Source of the DNA: Chloroflexia bacterium
GTDB lineage: Bacteria > Chloroflexota > Chloroflexia > Chloroheliales > Chloroheliaceae
Direction: 5' to 3'
Length of the DNA: 64,000 nucleotides
NCBI GenBank assembly: GCA_038323095.1
Contig: JBBQGP010000002.1
Location: 12,678 to 76,677 of the forward strand
In this document: positions 19,036-27,820 of the stretch, piece after piece
Layout of the letters: every line of letters starts with the position of its first letter
Numbering within the stretch: position 1 is the stretch's first letter
Notes under the pieces: generated by a model
The model's input: the letters and a program-made list of their open reading frames with translations, nothing else
Databases searched by the model: none
Told to the model about the DNA's origin: nothing
Program-made: the position numbers and the translations under genes

Positions 19036-19275
19036 GGCTCAGGTTTTATTAATGTTTATTGTCAAGTTAGAAATCACCAAACTTTTGTTAAAGTTTGTCG
19101 TCAAGCTGGATAAGCTTAGGCTTTATTAAAGTTTGTCGTCAAACTGGATAAAAGTAAGAGCTTGTTAGAATTTGCCTAAGAAATTGGGGTAAAACTTGAA
19201 CTTTATTAAGGTTTGTTATTAATCCAGGTAAAACTTAGGCTTATTAGGATTGCCCTGAATTAGCAGTGGGTAACA
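19036..19275. repeat. Six degenerate tandem repeats, period ~37-41 bp
   Basis: Anchor tta(a/g)(a/g)gtttg occurs at 19049, 19088, 19126, 19165, 19206 and 19243. Each unit ends in (c/t)(t/a)gg(a/g)taa(a). Units 2 and 3 are nearly identical (ttaaagtttgtcgtcaa(g/a)ctggataa). Confidence 0.6.
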
Positions 19276-19331
19276 ATAATTTTCTTATTGCAGTTAATAA
19301 ATTATTAACTGCAAACACTATGGAGGAAACA

Positions 19332-20387
19332 ATGAATCGTTCAGTCTTGATTACTGGTGGTGCCGGCTTTATTGGTTCACACTTAGCTGAAGCCCTTTTG
19401 GATGCGGGAGAAGCAGTCACGATTATTGATGACCTTTCAACTGGTGCTGTTGGTAATATTCGCCACCTCAAGGCCCATCCCCGTTTTCGCTTTGTAATTG
19501 AGCCAGTGGCAAACCAGCAAGTTTTAGCCGAATTAGTGGACGAGTGTGATGTTATTGTACATCTAGCGGCGGCGGTGGGAGTGCAGCTAATTATCAATAG
19601 CCCGGTACGTACTATTGAGACCAACGTAGGCGGTACAGAAGTAGTTTTGAAGTGGGCCGCCAAGAAAGGCAAGCGAGTGCTAGTCGCCAGCACTTCCGAA
19701 GTTTACGGCAAGAGTACCGAACTTCCTTTCCGTGAGACCGCCGACCTTGTACTTGGCCCCTCCCATTTGGGCCGCTGGAGCTATGCCTGCTCCAAATTAC
19801 TGGATGAGTTTTTGGCATTGGGTTACTGGCAGGAAAAAGCGTTGCCTGTAACCGTTCTGCGCTTCTTTAATACAGTTGGGCCACGTCAGCTAGGTCGTTA
19901 TGGCATGGTTGTGCCGCGCTTTGTGCGTTCGGCCTTACGCAACGAACCACTCCAGGTTTACGGGGACGGGCAACAAACGCGCTGCTTTACCTACGTTGGT
20001 GATGCGGTTCGGGCAGTTATGTTGCTTTTAGATTGCCCCGACGCTATCGGTCAGGTGTTCAATGTTGGAAACCCGGAAGAAGTGACAATTGAGCAATTAG
20101 CCCGCCGGGTGATTGAAATAAGCGGTAGTCGCTCCGAGATTGCCTATATTCCCTATTCGCAGGCTTACGAAGGCGGAGCCGGGTACGAAGATATGCGTCG
20201 CCGCGTGCCATGCATTGATAAATTGGGCCGAGCAACTGGCTACCAGCCGCAAGTAAAGCTTAACGCTATCTTGCAATCTGTTATAGATTACGAGCGCAAG
20301 AATATGGAACACCATATTACTGCTTTCCCGGTTCTAAGCCACTCAGTTTCAATTACCAATTCCGAACTTGAGGCAGTGTCAGCCTAA
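19332..20387 (+). CDS. Extended-SDR NAD-dependent nucleotide-sugar decarboxylase/epimerase (ArnA-C / UXS-like)
   Basis: GGAGG at 19322-19326, 5 nt before ATG 19332 (MNRSVLITGGAGFIGSHL). Motifs STSEVYG and catalytic YACSK. The listed GTG 19266 start lies inside the repeat array. Confidence 0.75.
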   Translation: MNRSVLITGGAGFIGSHLAEALLDAGEAVTIIDDLSTGAVGNIRHLKAHPRFRFVIEPVANQQVLAELVDECDVIVHLAAAVGVQLIINSPVRTIETNVGGTEVVLKWAAKKGKRVLVASTSEVYGKSTELPFRETADLVLGPSHLGRWSYACSKLLDEFLALGYWQEKALPVTVLRFFNTVGPRQLGRYGMVVPRFVRSALRNEPLQVYGDGQQTRCFTYVGDAVRAVMLLLDCPDAIGQVFNVGNPEEVTIEQLARRVIEISGSRSEIAYIPYSQAYEGGAGYEDMRRRVPCIDKLGRATGYQPQVKLNAILQSVIDYERKNMEHHITAFPVLSHSVSITNSELEAVSA

Positions 20388-20489
20388 GTTAGAGTTAAAG
20401 CGTCTTCAGGTACAAACTGAATTCAAATGTTGTGGGTTGAGCTTTAGCACTGAAAAACTAACATGCACCGAGAGAGGTAAGATGAGACT

Positions 20490-21785
20490 ATGCTAGTCGA
20501 CAAAATTAGATTAAAACAGGCAAGGATTGGAATTGTTGGAATGGGTTATGTCGGCCTACCCGCCGCCGTTACCTTTGCGGAAAAGGGTTTCAAAGTAACC
20601 GGCTTTGATATTGCGAAGTGGAAAGTTGAGCGGATTAACCGGGGCGATAGTTTTATTGAGGATATTTCAAGTAGCCAGCTAGGGGCAGTAGTTGCGATGG
20701 AACGCTTCCGGGCTACTTCCAACTCAGACGAACTAGCCGAGCAAGATGTCATTATTATCGCAGTTCCCACTCCCCTAAATAAGACCCGTGAACCTGACCT
20801 GACGGCGGTGCGCTCGGCAACAGCTGATATTGCCCGTAACTTACAGCCCGGTCAACTGATAATCCTGGAAAGCACCACCTATCCTGGGACCACGGAAGAA
20901 GTGGTTAAACCTATCCTGGAAAAAAGCGGGTTAAAGGCCGAAGAGGATTTTTATCTGGCTTACTCCCCGGAACGAATTGACCCAGGCAGTAAGTGGAATT
21001 TTGAGGATGTGCCGAAGGTCGTAGGTGGAATGACTCCCGCCAGCCTGGATGCAGCTTGTGCGCTTTACCAGCAAATACTCAAGCAGGTAGTGCCTATCTC
21101 TTCCACTCAGGCTGCCGAAATGGTCAAATTATTCGAGAACATTTTCCGGGTAGTGAATGTGGCCCTAGTCAATGAAATGGCCCTGTTATGCAACAGAATG
21201 AAGCTAAACATGTGGGAAGTGCTGGATGCGGCCAGTACCAAGCCTTACGGGTTTATGAAGTTTACGCCCGGCCCAGGAGTAGGCGGGCATTGTATCCCGG
21301 TAGACCCCTTCTACCTGACCTGGAAGGCTCGCGAGTACGGTTTTCACACCCGCTTTATTGAATTAGCCGGAGAAATCAATCTTCAGATGCCCTACTACGT
21401 CAAGGAACTGATCACACGTAGCCTTAACCTGCAAGGGAAATCGCTCAAAAACTCGAAGGTGCTGCTATTGGGAGTGGCATATAAGAAAGACGTTGGAGAT
21501 ATGCGAGAGTCTCCGGCCATCAAGGTGATTGAGCTGCTAGACGAGACGGAAGCCCAGCTCGTTTACCACGACCCTTTTGTGTCTGAATTTGAAGAAGGTA
21601 CTCACCGGCTACACTCGATGGAGCTAACCGACGCGCTTTTACAAGAGGCCGATTGTGTAGTCATCCTTACTGACCATACTTGCTTTGATTATGCCAACAT
21701 TGTCCGGCAAGCTCAAATGGTGGTAGATACACGCAACGCAACCAAAGCTATTAGCCAGGACCGAAACAAGATTATCCTACTTTAG
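20490..21785 (+). CDS. Nucleotide-sugar 6-dehydrogenase (UDP-GlcNAc/ManNAc dehydrogenase group: WecC/WbpA/TviB-like)
   Basis: IGIVGMGYVGLP Rossmann motif and catalytic-Cys motif GGHCIPVDP, typical of the N-acetylhexosamine dehydrogenase group. Confidence 0.8.
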   Translation: MLVDKIRLKQARIGIVGMGYVGLPAAVTFAEKGFKVTGFDIAKWKVERINRGDSFIEDISSSQLGAVVAMERFRATSNSDELAEQDVIIIAVPTPLNKTREPDLTAVRSATADIARNLQPGQLIILESTTYPGTTEEVVKPILEKSGLKAEEDFYLAYSPERIDPGSKWNFEDVPKVVGGMTPASLDAACALYQQILKQVVPISSTQAAEMVKLFENIFRVVNVALVNEMALLCNRMKLNMWEVLDAASTKPYGFMKFTPGPGVGGHCIPVDPFYLTWKAREYGFHTRFIELAGEINLQMPYYVKELITRSLNLQGKSLKNSKVLLLGVAYKKDVGDMRESPAIKVIELLDETEAQLVYHDPFVSEFEEGTHRLHSMELTDALLQEADCVVILTDHTCFDYANIVRQAQMVVDTRNATKAISQDRNKIILL

Positions 21786-21927
21786 AGCCTGAAATTTGGA
21801 CAAAGCTGGACAATGTCTGCATTACTTTAATGTAAACTGCCAGGCTAATCCCTAACCAGCAATCCGGCTTTGTCTAAATTCTTAAATTACTACCGACACT
21901 TATAGTTAGACCTTCAGGAGGTTGAAT

Positions 21928-24066
21928 GTGATTAATAGAATAAGCTTATTTCAGGGGGTAGTCGTACGGTTGGGCCTGGTATGCGCTCTCTTTGTAGCAA
22001 TTATGCTGACCGTGGTACCAAACCCAGCCGAAGCCGCTAAAGATAAGAAAGATAAGAAAGGCCATCATCAAATTGTGACTGGCCCGACCACGCCATCCCG
22101 GATAACTACTACGCCGCCTCGTGTTCTTGATCCGGCCCAACCACTCAAAGCCAAGAAAAAATCTGGGACTGGCCCGTTAAACACCAATTTTGCCGCCGCC
22201 CTTGCCCCTGTCGCCGCCGCGTCTACCAATCATACGCTGGATGCACGCGACATGAAGATTTTGCTTATTAGTGCTGTAGGCGGCTCTGACCCTGATTATC
22301 AGGCGATGAGTGCTTTTCTCAACCAGCTTGGTACTCCATTTGATACGCTGATTGCCTCTACCACGGTGCTTTCTTCAAATATGCTTTGGGATGGTGTGGC
22401 ACACGGCTACTATCAGGGTGTCATCTTGACCGATGGCGATTTACTATATGAATCCCCGGTTGGGAGCGGTAACTATGTAAGTGCTTTTACTGCTGATGAA
22501 TGGCAAACCCTCTCGAATTATGAAACCATGTTCGGGGTGCGGCAAGTCACTTCTTATACTATTCCTGGTTTGCCAGAAAGCTACGGCCTGTCAGACCCAA
22601 ATTTTGCCTCTCAGGATACCAGTGTTACTCCCCTCAAAGCGAACCTTACGGCTGCTGGAAAAACCGTTTTTCCATATATTAACGCAGCCAATCCTATCAC
22701 CATTCAATATGCCTGGACTTACCTGGCTAAAGTAGAATCGCCCCAGCCTGGTACGGTAGTCACCCCCTTACTAAATACTACCAATGGCTACACTGTCGCG
22801 GCTGTAAAGAAATATGCCGACGGGCGCGAGAATCTAGCTATAACCGCCGAAAACAATTCCTTTTTGATACACTCCCAGCTTTTGTCCTACGGTATCATTA
22901 ACTGGGTTACTAAGGGGCTATTTTTGGGTGAGCGGCACGCTACACTGAATATACAGCCTGACGACTTATTTATTGAAGATGATATTTGGGACACTCAGGT
23001 AATGACTGACACCACCGGCATTAGCTATCGCTTGACCGGGAACGATTTTAAACAATTTATGAGCTGGCAAAATTCTAGCCGCGTTAAATATCCTCTGGCT
23101 TCCGGGTTGAAGATTGAGTGGCCTTTCAATGCCGATGGAACTAATCCGAATAACTATAATTACGTTGATACACTAACACCAGAGGTTCTAAAAGATAAGG
23201 CTAGTTTCAACTATATCAACCACACCTTTACCCACGCTAATTTGGATAATATTGATGCAGCTACGCTTACCACAGAACTTCAAAAGAATAATAATTACGC
23301 CACAAACAAAGGGTTGACACCCTATTACAAAGACTCGATGATCCAACCTGATATTTCCGGGTTGTTCAATCCAGTTTTTGCTAATACTGCTTATCAGCAA
23401 GGCATCCGCTATATTATCTCGGACGCATCCCGGCCCGAATGGAGCAATCCTAGCCCTAACGCAGGTTTTTATAGCCAGTACCAATCCGGCCTGCTGATTA
23501 TCCCGCGTCATGCTTCTAACCTGTTCTACAATTTGACAACTCCCGCAGAATGGGTGTCGGAGTACAATTGTTACTACGGCCCACAGGGAGTTTGCCCAGA
23601 CTTTCCCAACTCTACCCGTTGGAACACTAATCTCAATTATCAGCAGATATTGGATGACGAATCAAATTTCTGGCTTTCGTACCTGTTAAAGTGGGACATT
23701 GACCCGCTTATGTTCCACCAACCAAATGCCAGAGCCTACGATGGAATTCATTCTTTATTAGGAGATTTGGTTGAAGCCACTCTGAAAAAATATACCAGCC
23801 TCTATAACTTGCCAATTCAAAACTTGACCCAGCACGAGGTTGGTATCAAAATGGCAAACCGAATGGCCTATAACGCCTCTGGCCTACAGGGTACGCTATA
23901 TCCAGGACAAAAAATTGTTTTGACTACTACGAAGGCGGCTTCAGTTCCAGTTACCTATGCCAAAAGCATAAGCGGAGCTGGTTTCCAAAATGAACTATAT
24001 GGCGGTCAATATATCTCAACTATTCCGATGGCGGCGGGCCAGACGCGCACGATTACTTTGCCATAG
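21928..24066 (+). CDS. Secreted 712-aa protein, candidate metal-dependent polysaccharide de-N-acetylase (Agd3/CE18-like hypothesis)
   Basis: GTG 21928 lies 6 nt after AGGAGG. Signal peptide. QPDD (aa 345-348), INHTFTHAN (HxxxH, aa 434-438) and PLMFHQP (aa 595-601) sit in CE4-like order. The coding call is solid. The function call is tentative. Confidence 0.5.
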   Translation: MINRISLFQGVVVRLGLVCALFVAIMLTVVPNPAEAAKDKKDKKGHHQIVTGPTTPSRITTTPPRVLDPAQPLKAKKKSGTGPLNTNFAAALAPVAAASTNHTLDARDMKILLISAVGGSDPDYQAMSAFLNQLGTPFDTLIASTTVLSSNMLWDGVAHGYYQGVILTDGDLLYESPVGSGNYVSAFTADEWQTLSNYETMFGVRQVTSYTIPGLPESYGLSDPNFASQDTSVTPLKANLTAAGKTVFPYINAANPITIQYAWTYLAKVESPQPGTVVTPLLNTTNGYTVAAVKKYADGRENLAITAENNSFLIHSQLLSYGIINWVTKGLFLGERHATLNIQPDDLFIEDDIWDTQVMTDTTGISYRLTGNDFKQFMSWQNSSRVKYPLASGLKIEWPFNADGTNPNNYNYVDTLTPEVLKDKASFNYINHTFTHANLDNIDAATLTTELQKNNNYATNKGLTPYYKDSMIQPDISGLFNPVFANTAYQQGIRYIISDASRPEWSNPSPNAGFYSQYQSGLLIIPRHASNLFYNLTTPAEWVSEYNCYYGPQGVCPDFPNSTRWNTNLNYQQILDDESNFWLSYLLKWDIDPLMFHQPNARAYDGIHSLLGDLVEATLKKYTSLYNLPIQNLTQHEVGIKMANRMAYNASGLQGTLYPGQKIVLTTTKAASVPVTYAKSISGAGFQNELYGGQYISTIPMAAGQTRTITLP

Positions 24067-24242
24067 TGTTCTATTATTAAGATTATAGGCTGTCAATTTG
24101 AAGTAAGTGGCAGCCTGTAATCCGATAGATTGCAAATTTTTTAGGATATTAGATTATTCGAGCATATTCTACTTTTATTTACTATCAAGCTCCACTAAAC
24201 TTGGATAAGCCCAGGGTCTTCTAACACAGGGAATGACGAACA

Positions 24243-27200
24243 ATGCTTAATTACAATAGGTCAAATGCTGATTTTTCTCAGAACAGACCAAAAGTAAAAG
24301 TTGCTAAAATTAAATTATTTTTTTCAAGCGTTGCCGAAAAAATTCTGCCAGCAAATTCTCTTTTTGCTACCTTGTCAAACGTGGCCCAGCCAGAATTAGT
24401 GCTGGGTAACTCTCAAGCTACGCTTGAACCTGAATTGCAGCAACCAAATGAAACTGAAATACCTCCGGCAAACGTTCCCACTAAACCAGCTCTCAAAGTT
24501 TTACTGATTGCGGAAGGTACTTATCCATTTCATTGGGGCGGAGTTAGCACCTGGTGTCATTTACTGATACGTGATTTGCCCGAAGTAGATTTTAGCCTGT
24601 ATAGCATAGTAGCCGACCCACTGATTAAACCTCAAATTAATTTACTCGACAATGTGGTAGAATTCATCCCTGTACCGCTCTGGGGTGTACTTGGCACTTT
24701 AGAGCTAAGCCCAAATTTAGGATTGGCCGAGTTACGTCACCGCAAACAGCACACCAGCGAGGCAGTTATTGCGGAAAAATTTGTGCCGGTATTTCGCGCT
24801 TTTATCAGGGATATGTTCCTCAGCGACACCGAGGCGGAACGTATGGGGGTGCATATTCACCAGATGTACCGGTTTTTCCTGGAATACGATTTCGATACTA
24901 CTTTTCATTCGCAAGCCGTTTGGAATTGCTACGTAAAAGCTATGCAGCAGGATTTCCCGCTTGCCGCCGCGCATCACGGTTATAGCGAGGCGACTTTTAC
25001 TTTGTCAGATATAACTCAGGGATTACAATGGCTGTATCATTGGTGTTTTCCTCTGGCAAAACCACTACCCCAGGTTGATGTGGCCCACGCTTCTACCGCA
25101 GGTATTAGCACAATGATTGGCGTAATTGCCAAGCTGGAATATGGGACGGCCTTTCTGCTTAGTGAACATGGTATTTACTTGCGAGAACGCTATTTAGCCG
25201 AAGCCAGCAATCCAAACACATTATTTCTCAAGCTGCTGGCCTTGCGCTTTGCGCGTCGCATGACCGACCTCAGCTATGTAGTAAGTGACCAAATTTCGCC
25301 CTGTTGCGACTACAACCAGCGTTGGGAACTGCAAAACGGAGTTCCGCCGGAGCGATTACGCACTATTTATTATGGGGCGGATGCCGACAAATTTTATGCT
25401 GGGGACAAGCCAATTGGAGACCCGCCGGTGGTGGTTTGGGTAGGACGTATTAATCCGCTCAAAGATGTGATTACCCTCCTGAAAGCGGCTGCAATAGTCC
25501 ATGAAACGCGGCCTGATATTAAATTCCGGCTTTATGGCTCTCCCCCTAAAGAGGATCAATCTTATTACGAGGAATGTTTGCTGCTACGGGCCAAGCTTGA
25601 CCTGGAAGAAGTCGTTATTTTTGCCGGTTATGCTTCAAATGCGGCTGTCGCTTATAACGAGGGAGATGTAGTATTACTTTCCAGCATTTCGGAAGGTTTC
25701 CCCTTCGCTACTTTAGAGGCAATGCTTTGTGGCAAGCCAGTAGTAGCAACCTCTGTGGGGGGCTTGCCAGAACAAATTGAGGGTTGCGGAATTGTGGTAG
25801 AGCCACGTAACCCGCAAGAAATGGGTGAGGCCGTCCTTACCCTGATGAACGACCCGGAATTATGCGCGCGCTATGGCAAAGCGGCCCGCGAGAAAGCGTT
25901 GCAGGAATTCAGTGTCCACCAATCCCGCGAAGCTTATCTATCAAGCTATCTTCGGGTCATGAAACAAAATAATCAGGAAAATGTCTTGGCAGGTAAAAGC
26001 GAATACCAATTGCAGCAAGTTCAGCAGCTATTAGCCCAAACCGCCGCAACCCAAAACAGCCTGCCTACAGCATCAAACCTGGATTGCGAAGTTGCGACCA
26101 AATTTGATATTGAACAAACGAACGATGCTAATAATGGCAGGCAACCCGCTACTAGCAAGGCCGTACCGCTTCGCGCTTCTATGCGTAGGTTGCAACTTTT
26201 GGTTTTGAATAAGCCACAGGAATGGTTGCCCCACGACCCGGAAAGTATTCGTACTATGGCTAAAGAAATAACCAGCCAAAATTTCCAGCCGGTTGATTAT
26301 TTGGAAATAGCTGCTATACTTGAATCAAAAGGCATTACTGACGAATTTGCTTCGCAACATCATAACGCTCCTGACACTTTTGAGCTGGCAAAGGCAGTAT
26401 TAGCAGCAATCCGGGCTGAACCACCAATAGCCGCACCGCCGGAGATTCCGACAGAACCAACCCAAAGCTTTAAGCAAGTGCTAGTCAGCTATTTACAAGG
26501 GCCAATTTCGTTTTTGCCCAGTTTGCTGGTGCTACTTACCATCCAGATTTTTAGTTTTGGCGGTCAATGGGCCGGAGGGCAAATAATGGCCCTAAGCCTG
26601 GGCATGAGTGCAGGCTTGCTTATAACCAACGGTTTTCTCCAGGCGGTAATGCGACGGGCCTCGATTTGCCTTTCGTTAGGTAATTCGCAATCTGCCCGCC
26701 GGTTTCTGATTCGCGGTTTGGGCGTAGCCGCTTTGATTGTCGTAGCGGTGGCACTATTAACCTTTCTGATTACAAGCTGGACAGAAGTTATAACATTGGA
26801 AGAGCGGCTTATTTTCTGCCTGGCTTTTGTGGCTCTTTCGACAATTTGGCTGGTGGGTGGCCCGTTGGCACTGGTGCAAGCCCAGATATGGCTGGGTATT
26901 GGACTGGGAGGGGGTTTGTTTACCGGCTTTGTGGCTGACCGAGTGGCGGCATTATTTACTGATTTGCATCTAGTGTTTGGTACTGTTCTGGGGTTTCTGG
27001 TAACACTTGGCCTGATTATTTGGGCGGAAACACGGGCTTTTGCCCCTAGAAGTAAGGCTGAAAAGGATAGCAAAATACTTTTACCTTCACCGGCTTATCT
27101 ACTTTACGAAGCTCTGCCTTACTTTATCTATGGCACACTCTACGCCCTGTTTATAATCGCCCCCCATTTTCTAGGCTGGTTTGGGAAACTTGGCGAAAAC

Positions 27201-27797
27201 CAAACCCGGCAATTCGCTATTACTAGCCTTGAAGTCGGGCTAACCCTGGCAATGTCGCCAGTAGTTTTGGTTAGTGGAATTATAGAACGAACCCTGCGCT
27301 TGTTCTGGACTAAAGCGGCGGTAGCCCAAAAAACTACTCCCGGTTTGCAAGTAGAGCAGTTTGGTAAAACGTTACTCAATTTTTACTGGCAGCAGTGGAG
27401 GCTTTATGAGCTAGTTTTGGCGGGACTTAGTCTTGCTTTCGCGCTACCGCTTTGGCTCGCGTTGGATAGCGGGCTGCTAAAAGGCTTGCTTGGCTCTAAT
27501 CCGACTACTGCTATAATTTTCTTTCTCACGGGACTGGTAATCTTCTTTTTGTTGGGGCAAGGGCTGTTTAACTGTGTATTTTGTATTACGCTGGCCCGGC
27601 CCCAATTCGCCGTCCGTGCTGTGGCTATTGCTATGGTGGTTATGTTCGCACTTGGAACGCCTTTGAGTCTATGGGTAGATTTTAGCTATTGTTTAGTAGC
27701 GTTTATTGCAGGAGTTTTCACTTTCGTAACAGTATCGTCCCGCCTGACCCAGCGGCTTTTAGCCTCAGCGGACTATTACTACTTTTCATTTTTTTAA
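24243..27797 (+). CDS. PelF-type GT4 glycosyltransferase (DUF3492 + GT1 domains) fused to a C-terminal ~420-aa polytopic membrane domain, 1184 aa
   Basis: Blocks match P. aeruginosa PelF as I recall it: LLIAEGTYPFHWGGVSTWCHLLI, HASTAGIS...LLSEHGIYLRERY, VGRINPLKDV, LLSSISEGFPFATLEAMLCGKPVVATSVGG. From about aa 760 there are at least 10 hydrophobic helices. Confidence 0.8.
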   Translation: MLNYNRSNADFSQNRPKVKVAKIKLFFSSVAEKILPANSLFATLSNVAQPELVLGNSQATLEPELQQPNETEIPPANVPTKPALKVLLIAEGTYPFHWGGVSTWCHLLIRDLPEVDFSLYSIVADPLIKPQINLLDNVVEFIPVPLWGVLGTLELSPNLGLAELRHRKQHTSEAVIAEKFVPVFRAFIRDMFLSDTEAERMGVHIHQMYRFFLEYDFDTTFHSQAVWNCYVKAMQQDFPLAAAHHGYSEATFTLSDITQGLQWLYHWCFPLAKPLPQVDVAHASTAGISTMIGVIAKLEYGTAFLLSEHGIYLRERYLAEASNPNTLFLKLLALRFARRMTDLSYVVSDQISPCCDYNQRWELQNGVPPERLRTIYYGADADKFYAGDKPIGDPPVVVWVGRINPLKDVITLLKAAAIVHETRPDIKFRLYGSPPKEDQSYYEECLLLRAKLDLEEVVIFAGYASNAAVAYNEGDVVLLSSISEGFPFATLEAMLCGKPVVATSVGGLPEQIEGCGIVVEPRNPQEMGEAVLTLMNDPELCARYGKAAREKALQEFSVHQSREAYLSSYLRVMKQNNQENVLAGKSEYQLQQVQQLLAQTAATQNSLPTASNLDCEVATKFDIEQTNDANNGRQPATSKAVPLRASMRRLQLLVLNKPQEWLPHDPESIRTMAKEITSQNFQPVDYLEIAAILESKGITDEFASQHHNAPDTFELAKAVLAAIRAEPPIAAPPEIPTEPTQSFKQVLVSYLQGPISFLPSLLVLLTIQIFSFGGQWAGGQIMALSLGMSAGLLITNGFLQAVMRRASICLSLGNSQSARRFLIRGLGVAALIVVAVALLTFLITSWTEVITLEERLIFCLAFVALSTIWLVGGPLALVQAQIWLGIGLGGGLFTGFVADRVAALFTDLHLVFGTVLGFLVTLGLIIWAETRAFAPRSKAEKDSKILLPSPAYLLYEALPYFIYGTLYALFIIAPHFLGWFGKLGENQTRQFAITSLEVGLTLAMSPVVLVSGIIERTLRLFWTKAAVAQKTTPGLQVEQFGKTLLNFYWQQWRLYELVLAGLSLAFALPLWLALDSGLLKGLLGSNPTTAIIFFLTGLVIFFLLGQGLFNCVFCITLARPQFAVRAVAIAMVVMFALGTPLSLWVDFSYCLVAFIAGVFTFVTVSSRLTQRLLASADYYYFSFF

Positions 27798-27820
27798 GAA
27801 GCTGGGAATTAAAGAAAAGC

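Noticed and set aside
19036-19275. Tandem repeats considered as a CRISPR array
   Set aside because: The units are contiguous and degenerate with no unique spacers between conserved repeats. No cas genes are present in the window.
19266-19331. GTG 19266 as start of the SDR gene
   Set aside because: It would translate the last repeat unit. ATG 19332 has a GGAGG RBS at ideal spacing and gives the canonical M-x4-LITGGAGFIGSH N-terminus.
27689-27820. Upstream TTG start of the Tat-signal protein overlapping the synthase gene by 109 nt
   Set aside because: The extension is hydrophobic read-through in an alternative frame of the synthase gene's 3' end. ATG 27821 places the twin-arginine motif at the normal distance from the N-terminus.
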